Source: an uncultured delta proteobacterium (lineage in GTDB: Bacteria; Desulfobacterota; RBG-13-43-22). From it: a stretch of 64,000 nt of DNA. The DNA lies in the NCBI GenBank assembly GCA_963838485.1, contig CAWIRY010000115.1, forward strand, positions 2,323 to 66,322, in the 5' to 3' direction. Under the pieces are notes generated by a model. The model was given only the letters and a program-made list of their open reading frames with translations. It was not told where the DNA came from and made no database searches. A program made the position numbers and the translations under genes. Positions 9,614-18,640 of the stretch are shown here, piece after piece (the first letter of the stretch is position 1; each line of letters opens with the position of its first letter).

Positions 9614-10937
9614 CGAATGAATGCTCTTCCCTTCCTATCTCAGATTCCTCAGCCGGGTGCGGTGCGGTAATCGGTTCGCTCTGGTGGTTCCCGAATTTTT
9701 CTATGGTTTCAAGTACCGTCGAACCTTCTTCGGCCCGATAGAGGTCTAGAAAATGGTCTTTCAGCATATGGAAGGAAATCTCCCCGATTTTAGGTGTAAA
9801 AACAATATCCAGATTGTGCTTGATGACAGCCTTGATGACCTTTACCCCCACATGGATCCGGTCTTTTGTTTTAATAAACTCGTTGTAATAAAAATCCTCG
9901 ATCTCCAGGCCATTGCTGTTGAGCTTGAGAATGATGAAATAAGGGGCCCTCCCGAAGTGTCCAAATACTTTCGAATCCAATCCGTTGATATCTCCTACCG
10001 GGATTATTATTGACAGGTCGGTTTGTTTAGACGGTTCTATGTGCACGAAAACCGATTCAATTCCATCATAAGTTTTTATCACACGCTCTTCCACCTGGTC
10101 TGCCAGCTCATGGGCCTTATACACCGTCAAGGAAGGGCTGGTGGTGATGATACATTCCACCATTTTGAATGGCCCGAACTGCCGTATTTTTACCCCTCCC
10201 ACCCCCTTGACGCCCATCATTTTTAATAGTTGGCCTTGTATCTCTTGCTGCAGCTCTGGATCGAGGTTGGCGTCCATCAAAATCAGGATGGGCATCCAGA
10301 CATTCTTCAGGCCGAGACGGATAATAAGCAGGGCAATCAACATGACCACTGCACCCTCCCCGTAAGGGACCCGGTTATAGGCCAACAAAAGACCAGTCAG
10401 AACAACCAGGGAGATGCCTATATCCATAAAAGATTCAGAGGCATTGGCTAACAGGGCCCTCGACTTAATGGCCTCGCCTGTTTCTTTTTCCTTTTTGGCC
10501 ATGAAATAAGCCGCGGCCAGGGAGAGAACAGTAACCAAAACCGGCAGGATCGGAAAGGTATGCAAGGCCGGGATAAGAAATAGTTTTATAAATCCCTGAT
10601 ATAGATTCTCCAACCCAGCCAGGGTAATCAATATTCCAATGACCAGGGTTACGAACGTCTCGGCTCGGTATAATCCATAAGGAAATTTTTTACTTTTTTT
10701 TCGGGAAGCCAGCCAGAGCCCTAACCAGGAGGCGAAGATGGCCACAACGTCAACGCCGCTGTGGAAGGCGTCGGCGATGAGAATTCTGGAATCGAACAGG
10801 GTGCCTATGATAAATTTGCTAAGGGCCAAAAATAAAATCAAAAGGGATGCGGTCAAGGCAACCTTCTGACCCTGTTTAAGGCTATCGGTATGGTCTTTCG
10901 CGGTTTCCATTTTTTTCGTCGAAACTCGGCTAATCAC
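9594..10937 (-). CDS. Cation diffusion facilitator (CDF) transporter fused to a C-terminal NifX/NafY-like (dinitrogenase FeMo-cofactor-binding family) domain.
   Basis: 447 aa. The N-terminus has 6 TM helices and a CDF cytoplasmic domain. The C-terminus reads ...LSIIIPVGDINGLDSKVFGHFGRAPYFIIL...IVFTPKIGEISFHML..., the same motif as the free NifX-like proteins at 15919 and 16510. The true start may be the internal METAKD at about 10910. Confidence 0.7.
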   Translation of the reverse strand: MISRVSTKKMETAKDHTDSLKQGQKVALTASLLILFLALSKFIIGTLFDSRILIADAFHSGVDVVAIFASWLGLWLASRKKSKKFPYGLYRAETFVTLVIGILITLAGLENLYQGFIKLFLIPALHTFPILPVLVTVLSLAAAYFMAKKEKETGEAIKSRALLANASESFMDIGISLVVLTGLLLAYNRVPYGEGAVVMLIALLIIRLGLKNVWMPILILMDANLDPELQQEIQGQLLKMMGVKGVGGVKIRQFGPFKMVECIITTSPSLTVYKAHELADQVEERVIKTYDGIESVFVHIEPSKQTDLSIIIPVGDINGLDSKVFGHFGRAPYFIILKLNSNGLEIEDFYYNEFIKTKDRIHVGVKVIKAVIKHNLDIVFTPKIGEISFHMLKDHFLDLYRAEEGSTVLETIEKFGNHQSEPITAPHPAEESEIGREEHSFVASPQD

Positions 10938-11151
10938 CCTTTAAAAATTGGCGGGTCATAAAAGATCCGCACTGAGGGCAATTTCTTTGGAAACAAGGGA
11001 CACCTGGTTTATGGGGGACCACAAGACGGCATTGGGGACAGATACAGTTCGTAGAAGGCCCTCCCGGCCCGATGGCCCTGATGCCTCTTCCGCCACCGAA
11101 CCCTCTGCCTTTGCCACGTTGTCGCCCGCCTCCCTTGAGCATAAAGGGCAT
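10930..11151 (-). CDS. Glycine-rich small protein with a C-terminal CxxC...CxxC zinc ribbon (DUF5320-like N-terminus); paralog of 15697..15906.
   Basis: MPFMLKGGGRQRGKGRGFGGGRG...CICPQC...CPQCG. An AGGAGG RBS lies 6 nt upstream of the ATG at 11149-11151. The longer ORF-track N-terminal extension is rejected. Confidence 0.55.
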   Translation of the reverse strand: MPFMLKGGGRQRGKGRGFGGGRGIRAIGPGGPSTNCICPQCRLVVPHKPGVPCFQRNCPQCGSFMTRQFLKGD

Positions 11152-11362
11152 GATGACCTCCTTTTGATTATTCCGGAAAGGTTTTTTCTCCCAAGGCCAT
11201 GGGGCAAAGGGCGGTAATGAAGATTTTGTTTGCCTACAGAGAAAAGGGTTGTTTTTAAGAAATTTTGCAAGGCCCACACCCCACCTAAATTTCTACTTCG
11301 TCGCTTTAATAAAGATGAACCTCGGCGGAAAAGCACGAGGTTCTTTGGTTACGGATTGTTAT

Positions 11363-11699
11363 TCATTCTTTGGTTTTCTGTTTTTCCAATTCCCCCAGCC
11401 GTTGCTCAATAGAGCTGAGGATGTCCCGCAATGAAGAAGCCTCTTCTTTGAGTTGAGAGGTTTCTTCTTCGCCGGTTGGGTTATAAGACGGGAAAAACCC
11501 CCGTCTCCTGGCCCAAGGACCGAGAAAATAACTCCCCAGACCCAAGCCCATACCCCAAAGGCCCCGACCCATGCCCCGGCCTCTGCCGAACCAGCCCGAA
11601 CCGGCTGGGTTTCGGAGAGCACCGGTTCCGCAAGTAACCCCGGCCTCCTCCTGTTCTTGGTCCCATTCCCATGGGACCCGTTCGATCAAAACCTGGCAT
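11363..11699 (-). CDS. DUF5320-type glycine-rich / coiled-coil protein with an apparent +1 frameshift near 11625.
   Basis: Frame A reads MPGFDRTGPMGMGPRTGGGRGY..., the canonical DUF5320 N-terminus. Frame B continues ...CGTGALRNPAGSGWFGRGRGMGRGLWGMGLG...NPTGEEETSQLKEEASSLRDILSSIEQRLGELEKQKTKE. Removing one T from tacttgc restores a single ORF. Confidence 0.5.
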
Positions 11700-11759
11700 A
11701 ATGCATTCCTCCTTCTTTGCCAGAGTTGGTTCCCCGAAGGGAACCAGGCTTTCAAGTCA

Positions 11760-12200
11760 TTACAATTCCCTTTTCCCGTTCGACTTAATATAGCTTTCAA
11801 TAGCCTGACGCAGTGTGTCCCGGGCCAGAATGGCGCAATGCTGGTGATCCACCGGAAGCACTGGCAGACTCTTAGCAATCTCTTTTTCATCAATATCCCA
11901 GGCCTCCTCCAGGTCTTTTCCCTTGGCCAGGGCCGCAGCAATCGAGGCACAAGCCCGGCTGACAGCACATCCATTGACCCGAAAGCGGCTCTCCAAAATT
12001 CTATCTCCCTGGATTCTTAAAGAAATCTCCATAGTGTCTCCGCAAGGTCCGATCACCCTGGCATGACCGTCCGGTTGGTCGATGATCCCTTCGTTATAAG
12101 GGCCCAGCCAGAACTGGACGGCCTGACCGGGAACGGATACTGGTTTGTCCTTATCTTTAGAAACCGGCATTGTCGAAAAATGGGCCAAATCGGATGACAT
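11760..12200 (-). CDS. NifU/IscU-like Fe-S cluster assembly scaffold.
   Basis: 146 aa with GPCGDTMEI, the IscU CGD motif, plus further conserved Cys residues. Confidence 0.75.
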   Translation of the reverse strand: MSSDLAHFSTMPVSKDKDKPVSVPGQAVQFWLGPYNEGIIDQPDGHARVIGPCGDTMEISLRIQGDRILESRFRVNGCAVSRACASIAAALAKGKDLEEAWDIDEKEIAKSLPVLPVDHQHCAILARDTLRQAIESYIKSNGKREL

Positions 12201-12218
12201 CGTTTTTTAATCAACTCC

Positions 12219-13100
12219 CTAATCCTTGAGCAGGTGCTCCTGAATTCTTCCCCAGATTGTTTTAATTTCCGCGCCCAGGCCATTTCGACTCCATTCCAAA
12301 ATGGTTTTCCCCTGGATCATGGCCTCGGTTACCGCCGGATCATAGGGAAGGCTTCCGGCCAGGCCCAGTCCCTTCTCCCGGCAATAGGTTTCAATTTGTC
12401 CGGCCATCTCTTTGTTCAGATCATATTTATTGATCAGAACCATCCCCGGGATTTTGAAATAATTACTCAGACTAAGCACGCGATCCAGGTCATGCAGTCC
12501 CAACAGGGTCGGTTCAGTGACGATCAAAACCCCGTCAGCGCCGGTCAGGGAAGAGATCACCGGACAACCGATGCCCGGAGGGCCATCCACCAGGATCAAA
12601 GGCAGTCCTTTTGCTTCGGCCAGATCCTTTGCTTTACCTCGTATGAGGGCCACCAGCATCCCCGAGTTCTCCTGTCCCACCCCTAACTGGGCATGGACCA
12701 TGGGTCCAAAGCGCGTTTCTGAGACATACCATTCCCCGCAAACCGCCAAAGGAAATTCAATGGCCCCGAAAGAACAAAATTGGACACAGACGCCACAGCC
12801 TTCACAGGAGATCGGGTCAACCTGAAAGTCTTCGCTGATGGCCTCAAAACGGCAGACTTCAAGGCAACGGCCGCAGTCCGTACATAACTCCTGGATAATC
12901 TTCGCCTTGAGGCCCCCCATGAATTCCTCTCGGCTTTTGACTTCAGGCGCGAGCAGCAAGTGTAGATCTGGGGCATCCACATCACAGTCGACCAAAACCT
13001 TGTTAGGGATTAGCGCGGCCAGGGCACCGACCAAACTGGTTTTGCCGGTTCCTCCTTTGCCACTCAAAACACATAATTCTTTTATTTTATTTATAGCCAT
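12219..13100 (-). CDS. MinD/ParA-superfamily P-loop ATPase with an inserted 2x[4Fe-4S] ferredoxin domain.
   Basis: 293 aa with the deviant Walker A SGKGGTGKTS and CTDCGRCLEVC / CEGCGVCVQFC. Confidence 0.8.
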   Translation of the reverse strand: MAINKIKELCVLSGKGGTGKTSLVGALAALIPNKVLVDCDVDAPDLHLLLAPEVKSREEFMGGLKAKIIQELCTDCGRCLEVCRFEAISEDFQVDPISCEGCGVCVQFCSFGAIEFPLAVCGEWYVSETRFGPMVHAQLGVGQENSGMLVALIRGKAKDLAEAKGLPLILVDGPPGIGCPVISSLTGADGVLIVTEPTLLGLHDLDRVLSLSNYFKIPGMVLINKYDLNKEMAGQIETYCREKGLGLAGSLPYDPAVTEAMIQGKTILEWSRNGLGAEIKTIWGRIQEHLLKD

Positions 13101-13112
13101 ACCGTTTTGCCT

Positions 13113-13382
13113 TTATTCAATATAGACGGGTACTGCCTCTTGCTGATTAGAAGCGGTAATGGGGTTTGGGGTTGCATCATGGTTAAAACTCCCGTCCTTT
13201 GACTTCCTTAAGATGTCTTTGTTATGGGGCTCGAAAAGAATTAAATCAAACTCCACTGACTTGAGGAAGGCTATGGCAGTCTCCAATGAAACCGTTGAGT
13301 GTATTAACGATCCTTCCTGAACGATTATATATTGGGCCTGGTAATCAGCATTGATGTGTAAAATTTTAACCGGGTTTCTCAT
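13113..13382 (-). CDS. Hypothetical small protein (degenerate receiver-like?).
   Basis: 89-aa ORF between the two MinD-Fd paralogs; weak REC-like pattern KILHI...FDLILFEP. Confidence 0.3.
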   Translation of the reverse strand: MRNPVKILHINADYQAQYIIVQEGSLIHSTVSLETAIAFLKSVEFDLILFEPHNKDILRKSKDGSFNHDATPNPITASNQQEAVPVYIE

Positions 13383-13419
13383 GGCCCTTCCTTTCTGCTA
13401 ATAAGGACAGCCGTTTCCC

Positions 13420-14283
13420 TTAATGTGTTTCTAAATATTTTTTTATGTGCCTCCTGAGGATTTCATGGAATAACCTCTGAAATTTTTCCTTCCATTCCGG
13501 GTGAATTTCAACGAGTGATTGCCCCAGGGCATAACCCTCGGCTATTTTGCGTTCGAAAGGGATTTCCATCAGCAAAGGAATGTCTTTCGATCGCAAATAT
13601 TTTTGAACCTCCTGGTCTCCCATGTCGGCCCGGTTCAGGATGACCCCAAAAGGAATACCTAAGCTTCCGAGGGCGGCTACGGCCAGCTTCAAATCATAAA
13701 GCCCGAAAGGGGTGGGCTTGGTCACCAGGATCGTATAATCCGACCCTTTAACGGTCTGTATGACCGGGCAGGAGGTGCCCGGCGGGGCATCCAGGATGGC
13801 CAGTACATAATTCTTGATTCGTTTTTTAACCTCCCGGATTAAAGGGGGAGACATGGGCTCCCCAACCCGCAACCGGCCATGGACAAAACGAATGACTCCG
13901 GACCAACCCTCTTCTATCTCTCCCAATTCTTTTTTCCCTGGGTTCAGGGCCTTTGGTTCGCAGACCAGGAAGCACCCTCCGCAGGCATGGCACATTTCCG
14001 GAAAAGTCAGGATCGTTTCCCCGAGCACCAAAATGGCCTTGAACTGGCACAATTGGGAACAGGCCCGGCAGTAGGTGCATTTGGTTTCATCGACCACCGG
14101 GATCTGAGCATAAATCGTCTCTTTATTTTCCCATCGGGGCTTCATGAAGATATGGCCGTTGGGGGCTTCCACATCGCAATCCAGGAGTTGGACCGGTTTC
14201 TGCAAAGAAGTCGCCAGGGCCACGGCCACGCTGGTCTTGCCTGTCCCCCCTTTACCGCTGGCTATACTAATGATCACAGACAT
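13420..14283 (-). CDS. MinD/ParA-superfamily ATPase with ferredoxin insert (paralog of 12219..13100).
   Basis: 287 aa with SGKGGTGKTS and CTYCRACSQLC / CHACGGCFLVC. Confidence 0.8.
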   Translation of the reverse strand: MSVIISIASGKGGTGKTSVAVALATSLQKPVQLLDCDVEAPNGHIFMKPRWENKETIYAQIPVVDETKCTYCRACSQLCQFKAILVLGETILTFPEMCHACGGCFLVCEPKALNPGKKELGEIEEGWSGVIRFVHGRLRVGEPMSPPLIREVKKRIKNYVLAILDAPPGTSCPVIQTVKGSDYTILVTKPTPFGLYDLKLAVAALGSLGIPFGVILNRADMGDQEVQKYLRSKDIPLLMEIPFERKIAEGYALGQSLVEIHPEWKEKFQRLFHEILRRHIKKYLETH

Positions 14284-15557
14284 TGGCTCCGGTAATCAGG
14301 GATTGATTGACATACTGGGCAATCAATTCTTCCGGAGCCAGTTGAGGTGCCCCGGTTAACACCTTGATCCCACTTTCATTAAAGAGACTGACCGCCCTTT
14401 GGCCCATGCCGCCGGCGATGATGAGGTGGACCCCTTTTTCACCCAGCCAGCGGGGCAGGAGACCGGGTTCATGGGGGGGAGGGGTGACCAATACTTTTTG
14501 AATAATGTTTTTCCCTTGTAAATCGATTAAGGCAAACTGTTCGCAATGACCGAAATGATTACAAAGTTTCCCCTCGGCCATGGGAATGGCGATCTTTAAA
14601 CTGTCAAGGGTTGAATTTTTTGAGTCTATCATGGGTAATACCTCCGTTATTAGTTTTTTTATTTCCTTTGGGCTTTGGATTGTCGCCGTTATGATCTTTT
14701 CGATAATGTTATCAAGAGCACCTTTCACCGCAGGTGCCGGGTTATGAAGGAGATAGGCCTGCCCTTGATCCCCTTTTTCCATGAGTTGAATGTCAAAAGG
14801 AATACTTCCTAAGAAAGGGACCTTCATGGAGACGGCCGTGCGTTTCCCCCCGTCTTTTTTAAATATGGCCGATTCCTGACCGCAGTGAGGGCAGATATAG
14901 CCACTCATGTTTTCCACCAATCCCATTATGGGCATATTAACCTGGCGGGCAAAAATTGATGGATTTGCGCACATCGGCCAGGGAGATCTCCTGGGGAGTG
15001 GTTACAATAACCGCCTGGGCTTCCGGGATGGTCTGGGCCACGGTCAGGGGCTCATCCCCCGTTCCCGGTGGGGAATCAATGATCAGGAAATCCAGGTCTC
15101 CCCAGATCACATTGGCAATAAATTGGCGAATAACCCCGATCTTCAGGGGACCGCGCCAGATGGTCGGTGAATCCTTGTCAGGCATCAGCACTTCAATAGA
15201 AATCACCTTTAAGAGGTCATTGACAGGAACCGGATGGATTCCCACATTTTCCTGAATGGGGGCCCGGCCATTAAGCCCGAGCATCCGGGGGATGCTCGGG
15301 CCGTGCAAATCCACATCCATCAGGCCGACCTGATAGCCTTTTAGGGATAGTCCTACGGCTAAATTTACCGCTAAGCTGCTTTTCCCGACTCCGCCTTTGC
15401 CGCTCATGATTAATAATTTATTTTTAATCCGGGACAATGACCTGGCGATGGAGGCATCTTCCGCCCGTTGGGATTCATTTCCCGCTTCCGAACCGTGTCC
15501 ACAACTACTCATAACAGAAACTCCTTTCAATTTTTTTGTTTCAAAATTTTTTTTCAA
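14267..15557 (-). CDS. Mrp/ApbC (NBP35) Fe-S carrier ATPase fused to a C-terminal NifX/NafY-like domain. Apparent 1-nt frameshift in a T5 run at about 14950.
   Basis: ORF 14937..15557 ends ...DVRKSINFCPPG*. ORF 14267..14974 continues ...FARQVNMPIMGLVENMSGYICPHCG..., the Mrp CPHC motif, then ...KIAIPMAEGKLCNHFGHCEQFALIDL...HLIIAGGMGQRAVSLF, which is NifX-like. Deleting one T from aatttttgcc fuses the frames. Confidence 0.7.
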
Positions 15558-15696
15558 AAACCCATTTTTGTTTAAGCCCCGCCAAGGGCGCAGTGAGAGG
15601 TGGCACCTCCATTGGCGGGAATCATCCGGCTTTTGCCGGAAAGATATTTCTTGATCCGTCTTGGCCTTCTCGGCGCATAAGCGACCGGATTAATCT

Positions 15697-15906
15697 CTAT
15701 TCCCGAACCATAGTCGTGCCACATTTGGAACACTTTATGGTATTGCAAGGCACTCCCCGGGAATGGGAACTCTTATTCCCGCATTTAGGGCAGAGACAAT
15801 TACCGCCGGCTCCCATGCCGGTACCTCCACCCATTCCTCCTCGTCCCGATCCAAGACCTCCACCTGGGCCTTTTCCTGCCGGACCTGTGCCATCTCTTCT
15901 GGGCAT
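15697..15906 (-). CDS. Glycine-rich DUF5320-like protein with a C-terminal zinc ribbon.
   Basis: MPRRDGTGPAGKGPGGGLGSGRGG...CLCPKCG...CSKCG. Confidence 0.55.
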   Translation of the reverse strand: MPRRDGTGPAGKGPGGGLGSGRGGMGGGTGMGAGGNCLCPKCGNKSSHSRGVPCNTIKCSKCGTTMVRE

Positions 15907-15918
15907 AATTCCTCCTTT

Positions 15919-16281
15919 TTAACTCCAGTGCCCTTCTACATTATGGGCCTGGGCAAAGTTAACTTTTCCTTGTTTATATTGATTTATAGCTTCTTGCACA
16001 AGACCGGAAACCCCTACGGCCACCTGAACCCCTGCTGCCTTTAAAACCTGGTAGGCCTTGGGGCCGCAATTACCGGTCAGAACAACCTTGGCCCCATGCT
16101 CCACAACCGTCTGGGCCGCCTGAATCCCAGCTCCCTGGGGCAATTGCAGATTCTGCCGATTTTCAATGACTTCTAAGGACAAGGTTTCCGGATCCACGAT
16201 AAGGAAATAGCCTGCCCGGCCGAAACGGGGATCGATTGCGCTATCCAAACTTTTCCCTTTAGAACTAATGGCCAGTTTCAT
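15919..16281 (-). CDS. NifX/NafY-like (dinitrogenase FeMo-cofactor family) domain protein.
   Basis: MKLAISSKGKSLDSAIDPRFGRAGYFLIVD...VVLTGNCGPKAYQVLKAAGVQV. A GGAAGGAG RBS precedes the ATG at 16279-16281. The ORF-track 5' extension overlaps the ferredoxin gene in another frame and is rejected. Confidence 0.7.
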   Translation of the reverse strand: MKLAISSKGKSLDSAIDPRFGRAGYFLIVDPETLSLEVIENRQNLQLPQGAGIQAAQTVVEHGAKVVLTGNCGPKAYQVLKAAGVQVAVGVSGLVQEAINQYKQGKVNFAQAHNVEGHWS

Positions 16282-16333
16282 TTTTTTTAAACTCCTTCCT
16301 GATTGATGACTTAACAATTCAAGCACCGCAAAC

Positions 16334-16519
16334 CTACCCTTCGGTAACGGTAATAGCCCCGGTTTCACAGACCTCGAGACAACTTTCGCAACCGAGACAT
16401 TCGTCTCCATTGACCACCACAGCCTTATTATCTTGTAACTCATAGACCCCCACTGGACAGACATCGACGCAGTTTCCATCACCGACACACTTTTCAGTAT
16501 CCACCGTAACTACAAACAT
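16334..16519 (-). CDS. 2x[4Fe-4S] ferredoxin.
   Basis: 61 aa with CVGDGNCVDVCP and CLGCESCLEVC. Confidence 0.8.
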   Translation of the reverse strand: MFVVTVDTEKCVGDGNCVDVCPVGVYELQDNKAVVVNGDECLGCESCLEVCETGAITVTEG

Positions 16520-16869
16520 TTTCTCTGCCCCCTTCTTCCCTTTCTACCCCGGCAGCAGGGAACCTTTAAATTTCCCTGCAAATATTCTCCGATAATCTGA
16601 TCCACTTCTCCAAAGACGGAAAAAGCCACCTGTATTCCCAAATGATTCAATCCCATCCTGTCCTGATCTCGAATTCCACCGCAAATCAGTTGCCCTATTC
16701 CCAGTTGTCTCAGTAGGATTATTTTTTCATCCGGTAGCCAGTGACTGATATCCAATTCTCTTTTGTCCACCAGCCGGTTCTTTTCAATTTCCAGGATTAT
16801 CATTCTCCTGGCACAGTCCAGCCGTGGAGAGACCCGATCTAAAAAAATGGGGATTGCCACTTTTATCAT
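16510..16869 (-). CDS. NifX/NafY-like domain protein.
   Basis: MIKVAIPIFLDRVSPRLDCARRMIILEIE...QLGIGQLICGGI. Confidence 0.65.
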   Translation of the reverse strand: MIKVAIPIFLDRVSPRLDCARRMIILEIEKNRLVDKRELDISHWLPDEKIILLRQLGIGQLICGGIRDQDRMGLNHLGIQVAFSVFGEVDQIIGEYLQGNLKVPCCRGRKGRRGQRKCL

Positions 16870-17114
16870 TTTTAGCCCTCGGTATTAATATAGTATCAAA
16901 AAATATGCCAAGGGGTCGGTTAGACTGTGGGCTGGTCAGTTTGATGGGATGGTGGAGTCTTTCCCCCGGTAAAAATCAGGACTCAGAAGAGTCTAAGTCT
17001 CCGAAAAAAGGAGATTTCGTATTTTCACGGAATGACAAAAATGGGTTGATTCGGATTTATTAAAAGATACTCAGATTGAAATCGTCTGGCAACAGGCCGG
17101 GTTTTGAAAAGCCA

Positions 17115-17165
17115 TTATTTATTGCAAAATGCAATATATTCATTGCATAATTGCATTTTGTAATA
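17115..17165. promoter_or_regulatory. Cluster of TTGCA palindromes/repeats (candidate activator binding site or UAS) between the sigma-54 regulator gene and the NifX-cluster operon.
   Basis: ATTGCAaaaTGCAAT (inverted repeat) at 17121-17135, followed by cATTGCATAATTGCATttt. Confidence 0.3.
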
Positions 17166-17175
17166 ACGGGAGGGA

Positions 17176-18505
17176 TTAAGAGAGGTGTTTTAGTTTCCGC
17201 CAGAGGGTCGTCGGGTGGATACCTAATTCCTGGGCGGCCCGGCCGCGATGGCCCCGATATTTTTCAAGGACTTTTTTAATGATTTCTCCTTCCTGGTCTT
17301 TCAGCCTTTGTCCTGAAGGGCGGGGAGACGGGGGATTCTCCTGAGGTCCCTTTTGAAGCTCGGGAGGCAGATGCCCCAATTGAATAACGGAACCATGGCA
17401 GAGTACAAAGGCATGTTCCAGGATATTTTCCAGTTCCCGGATATTACCGGGATAGGCATAGTTCATTAAGACTTCCAGAACCTTTGGGGATACCTGCGCG
17501 ATTTTTTTTCCGGTTTGAATGTTCAATTTTTGGATGAAGTGTTCGATCAAAAGGGGAAGGTCTTCTCGACGCTCTTTCAGGGTAGGCAGGTCTAATTGCA
17601 GCACCTTCAGTCGGTAATACAAGTACATCCCGAAATCGGACGGTCTCGACTAGGCCTTTCAGGTCTTTGTTGGTGGCTGAGATCAGGCGGGCCTTGACCT
17701 GTTTTGTTACATTCGATCCTAAGGGTTCATAACTTTTCTCCTGTAGCACCCTTAACAACTTGGCCTGTATCGATAAAGGTAAGTCTCCGATTTCATCCAA
17801 GAATAAAGTCCCTCCGTCAGCCAGGGCGAATTTCCCTGGTTTGTCTTTTTTGGCATCGGTAAAGGCCCCCCGCACATAGCCGAAAAGTTCGGATTCCAAG
17901 AGGGTCTCGGGAAGGGCGCTGCAATTAATGGCGATAAAGGGTTTATCTCGGCGAGGGCTTAAATGGTGAATGGCCTTGGCCAGGAGTTCTTTTCCTGAGC
18001 CGCTGGGACCTTGAATCAGGACCGTGCTGTCACTCCGTGCGATATCAGGTAGAAGATTGAAAATTTTTTGGAGAGCATCACTTTTCCCAATGATATCACC
18101 TACATTATATTTTTGTCTGATTTCTTTACGGAGGGCTTCGATGGCCGTCAAGTCCCGAAAAGTCTCCACACCGCCCATTACTTTTCCACGACTGTCTTTT
18201 AAGATAGCCGTGGTTATGCTGATGGGAACGACTTTACCCCGGGCATTCAAGATATTGACCGGCAAATCGACGACATTTTTCCCAACCTTCAAGGTCCGGG
18301 CCAAGGCACAGGCTTCCTGGCAGATGTCGGCCTGAAAGATTTCAAAACATTTCTTGCCGATAGCTTTTTCCCGTGAGAATCCGGTTATGGTTTCGGCCGC
18401 CTGATTGAAGGAGGTAATCACCCGATCATTATTTATGGTAAAGACCCCTTCGGTAATACTATCCAGGATGATTTTTAAAAAGGCAGGGGTGGACTTCATG
18501 ATCAT
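17176..18505 (-). CDS. Sigma-54-dependent Fis-family regulator with a PAS domain. Apparent 1-nt frameshift in a G-run near 17630.
   Basis: ORF 17444..18505 reads ...PAS...VLIQGPSGSGKELLAKAIHHLSPRRDKPFIAINC...ESELFGYVRGAFTDA...LISATNKDLKGLVETVRFRD. ORF 17176..17628 continues YLYYRLKVLQLDLPTLKERREDLPLL...AAQELGIHPTTLWRKLKHL, a Fis-type HTH. Confidence 0.85.
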
Positions 18506-18640
18506 ATTATCCTGGTTTTTAAAGCCTTTTTCAAGGCCTTCTTTTGCTTATTTTTTTTATCCAATGGATGAAAATATATATTTATTTCTCCCCTATATTA
18601 AGGTATATTCAAAAATTCAATACTTTTTGGAGAAGGAGTT

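Noticed and set aside
10956-11336. 126-aa and 115-aa overlapping minus ORFs.
   Set aside because: Only the RBS-preceded MPFMLKGGG... reading (10930..11151) matches the paralog at 15697. The rest is frame noise in a GC-rich region.
15919-16488. Long 189-aa version of the NifX-like ORF.
   Set aside because: The 5' 69 codons overlap the ferredoxin gene in another frame. An RBS-supported ATG at 16281 gives a standard 120-aa NifX-like protein.
16870-17110. Sigma-54 -24/-12 promoter upstream of the NifX-cluster operon.
   Set aside because: TTGGCAT is present near 16905, but the -12 region reads TTGAT rather than TTGC. It is too weak to call by eye.
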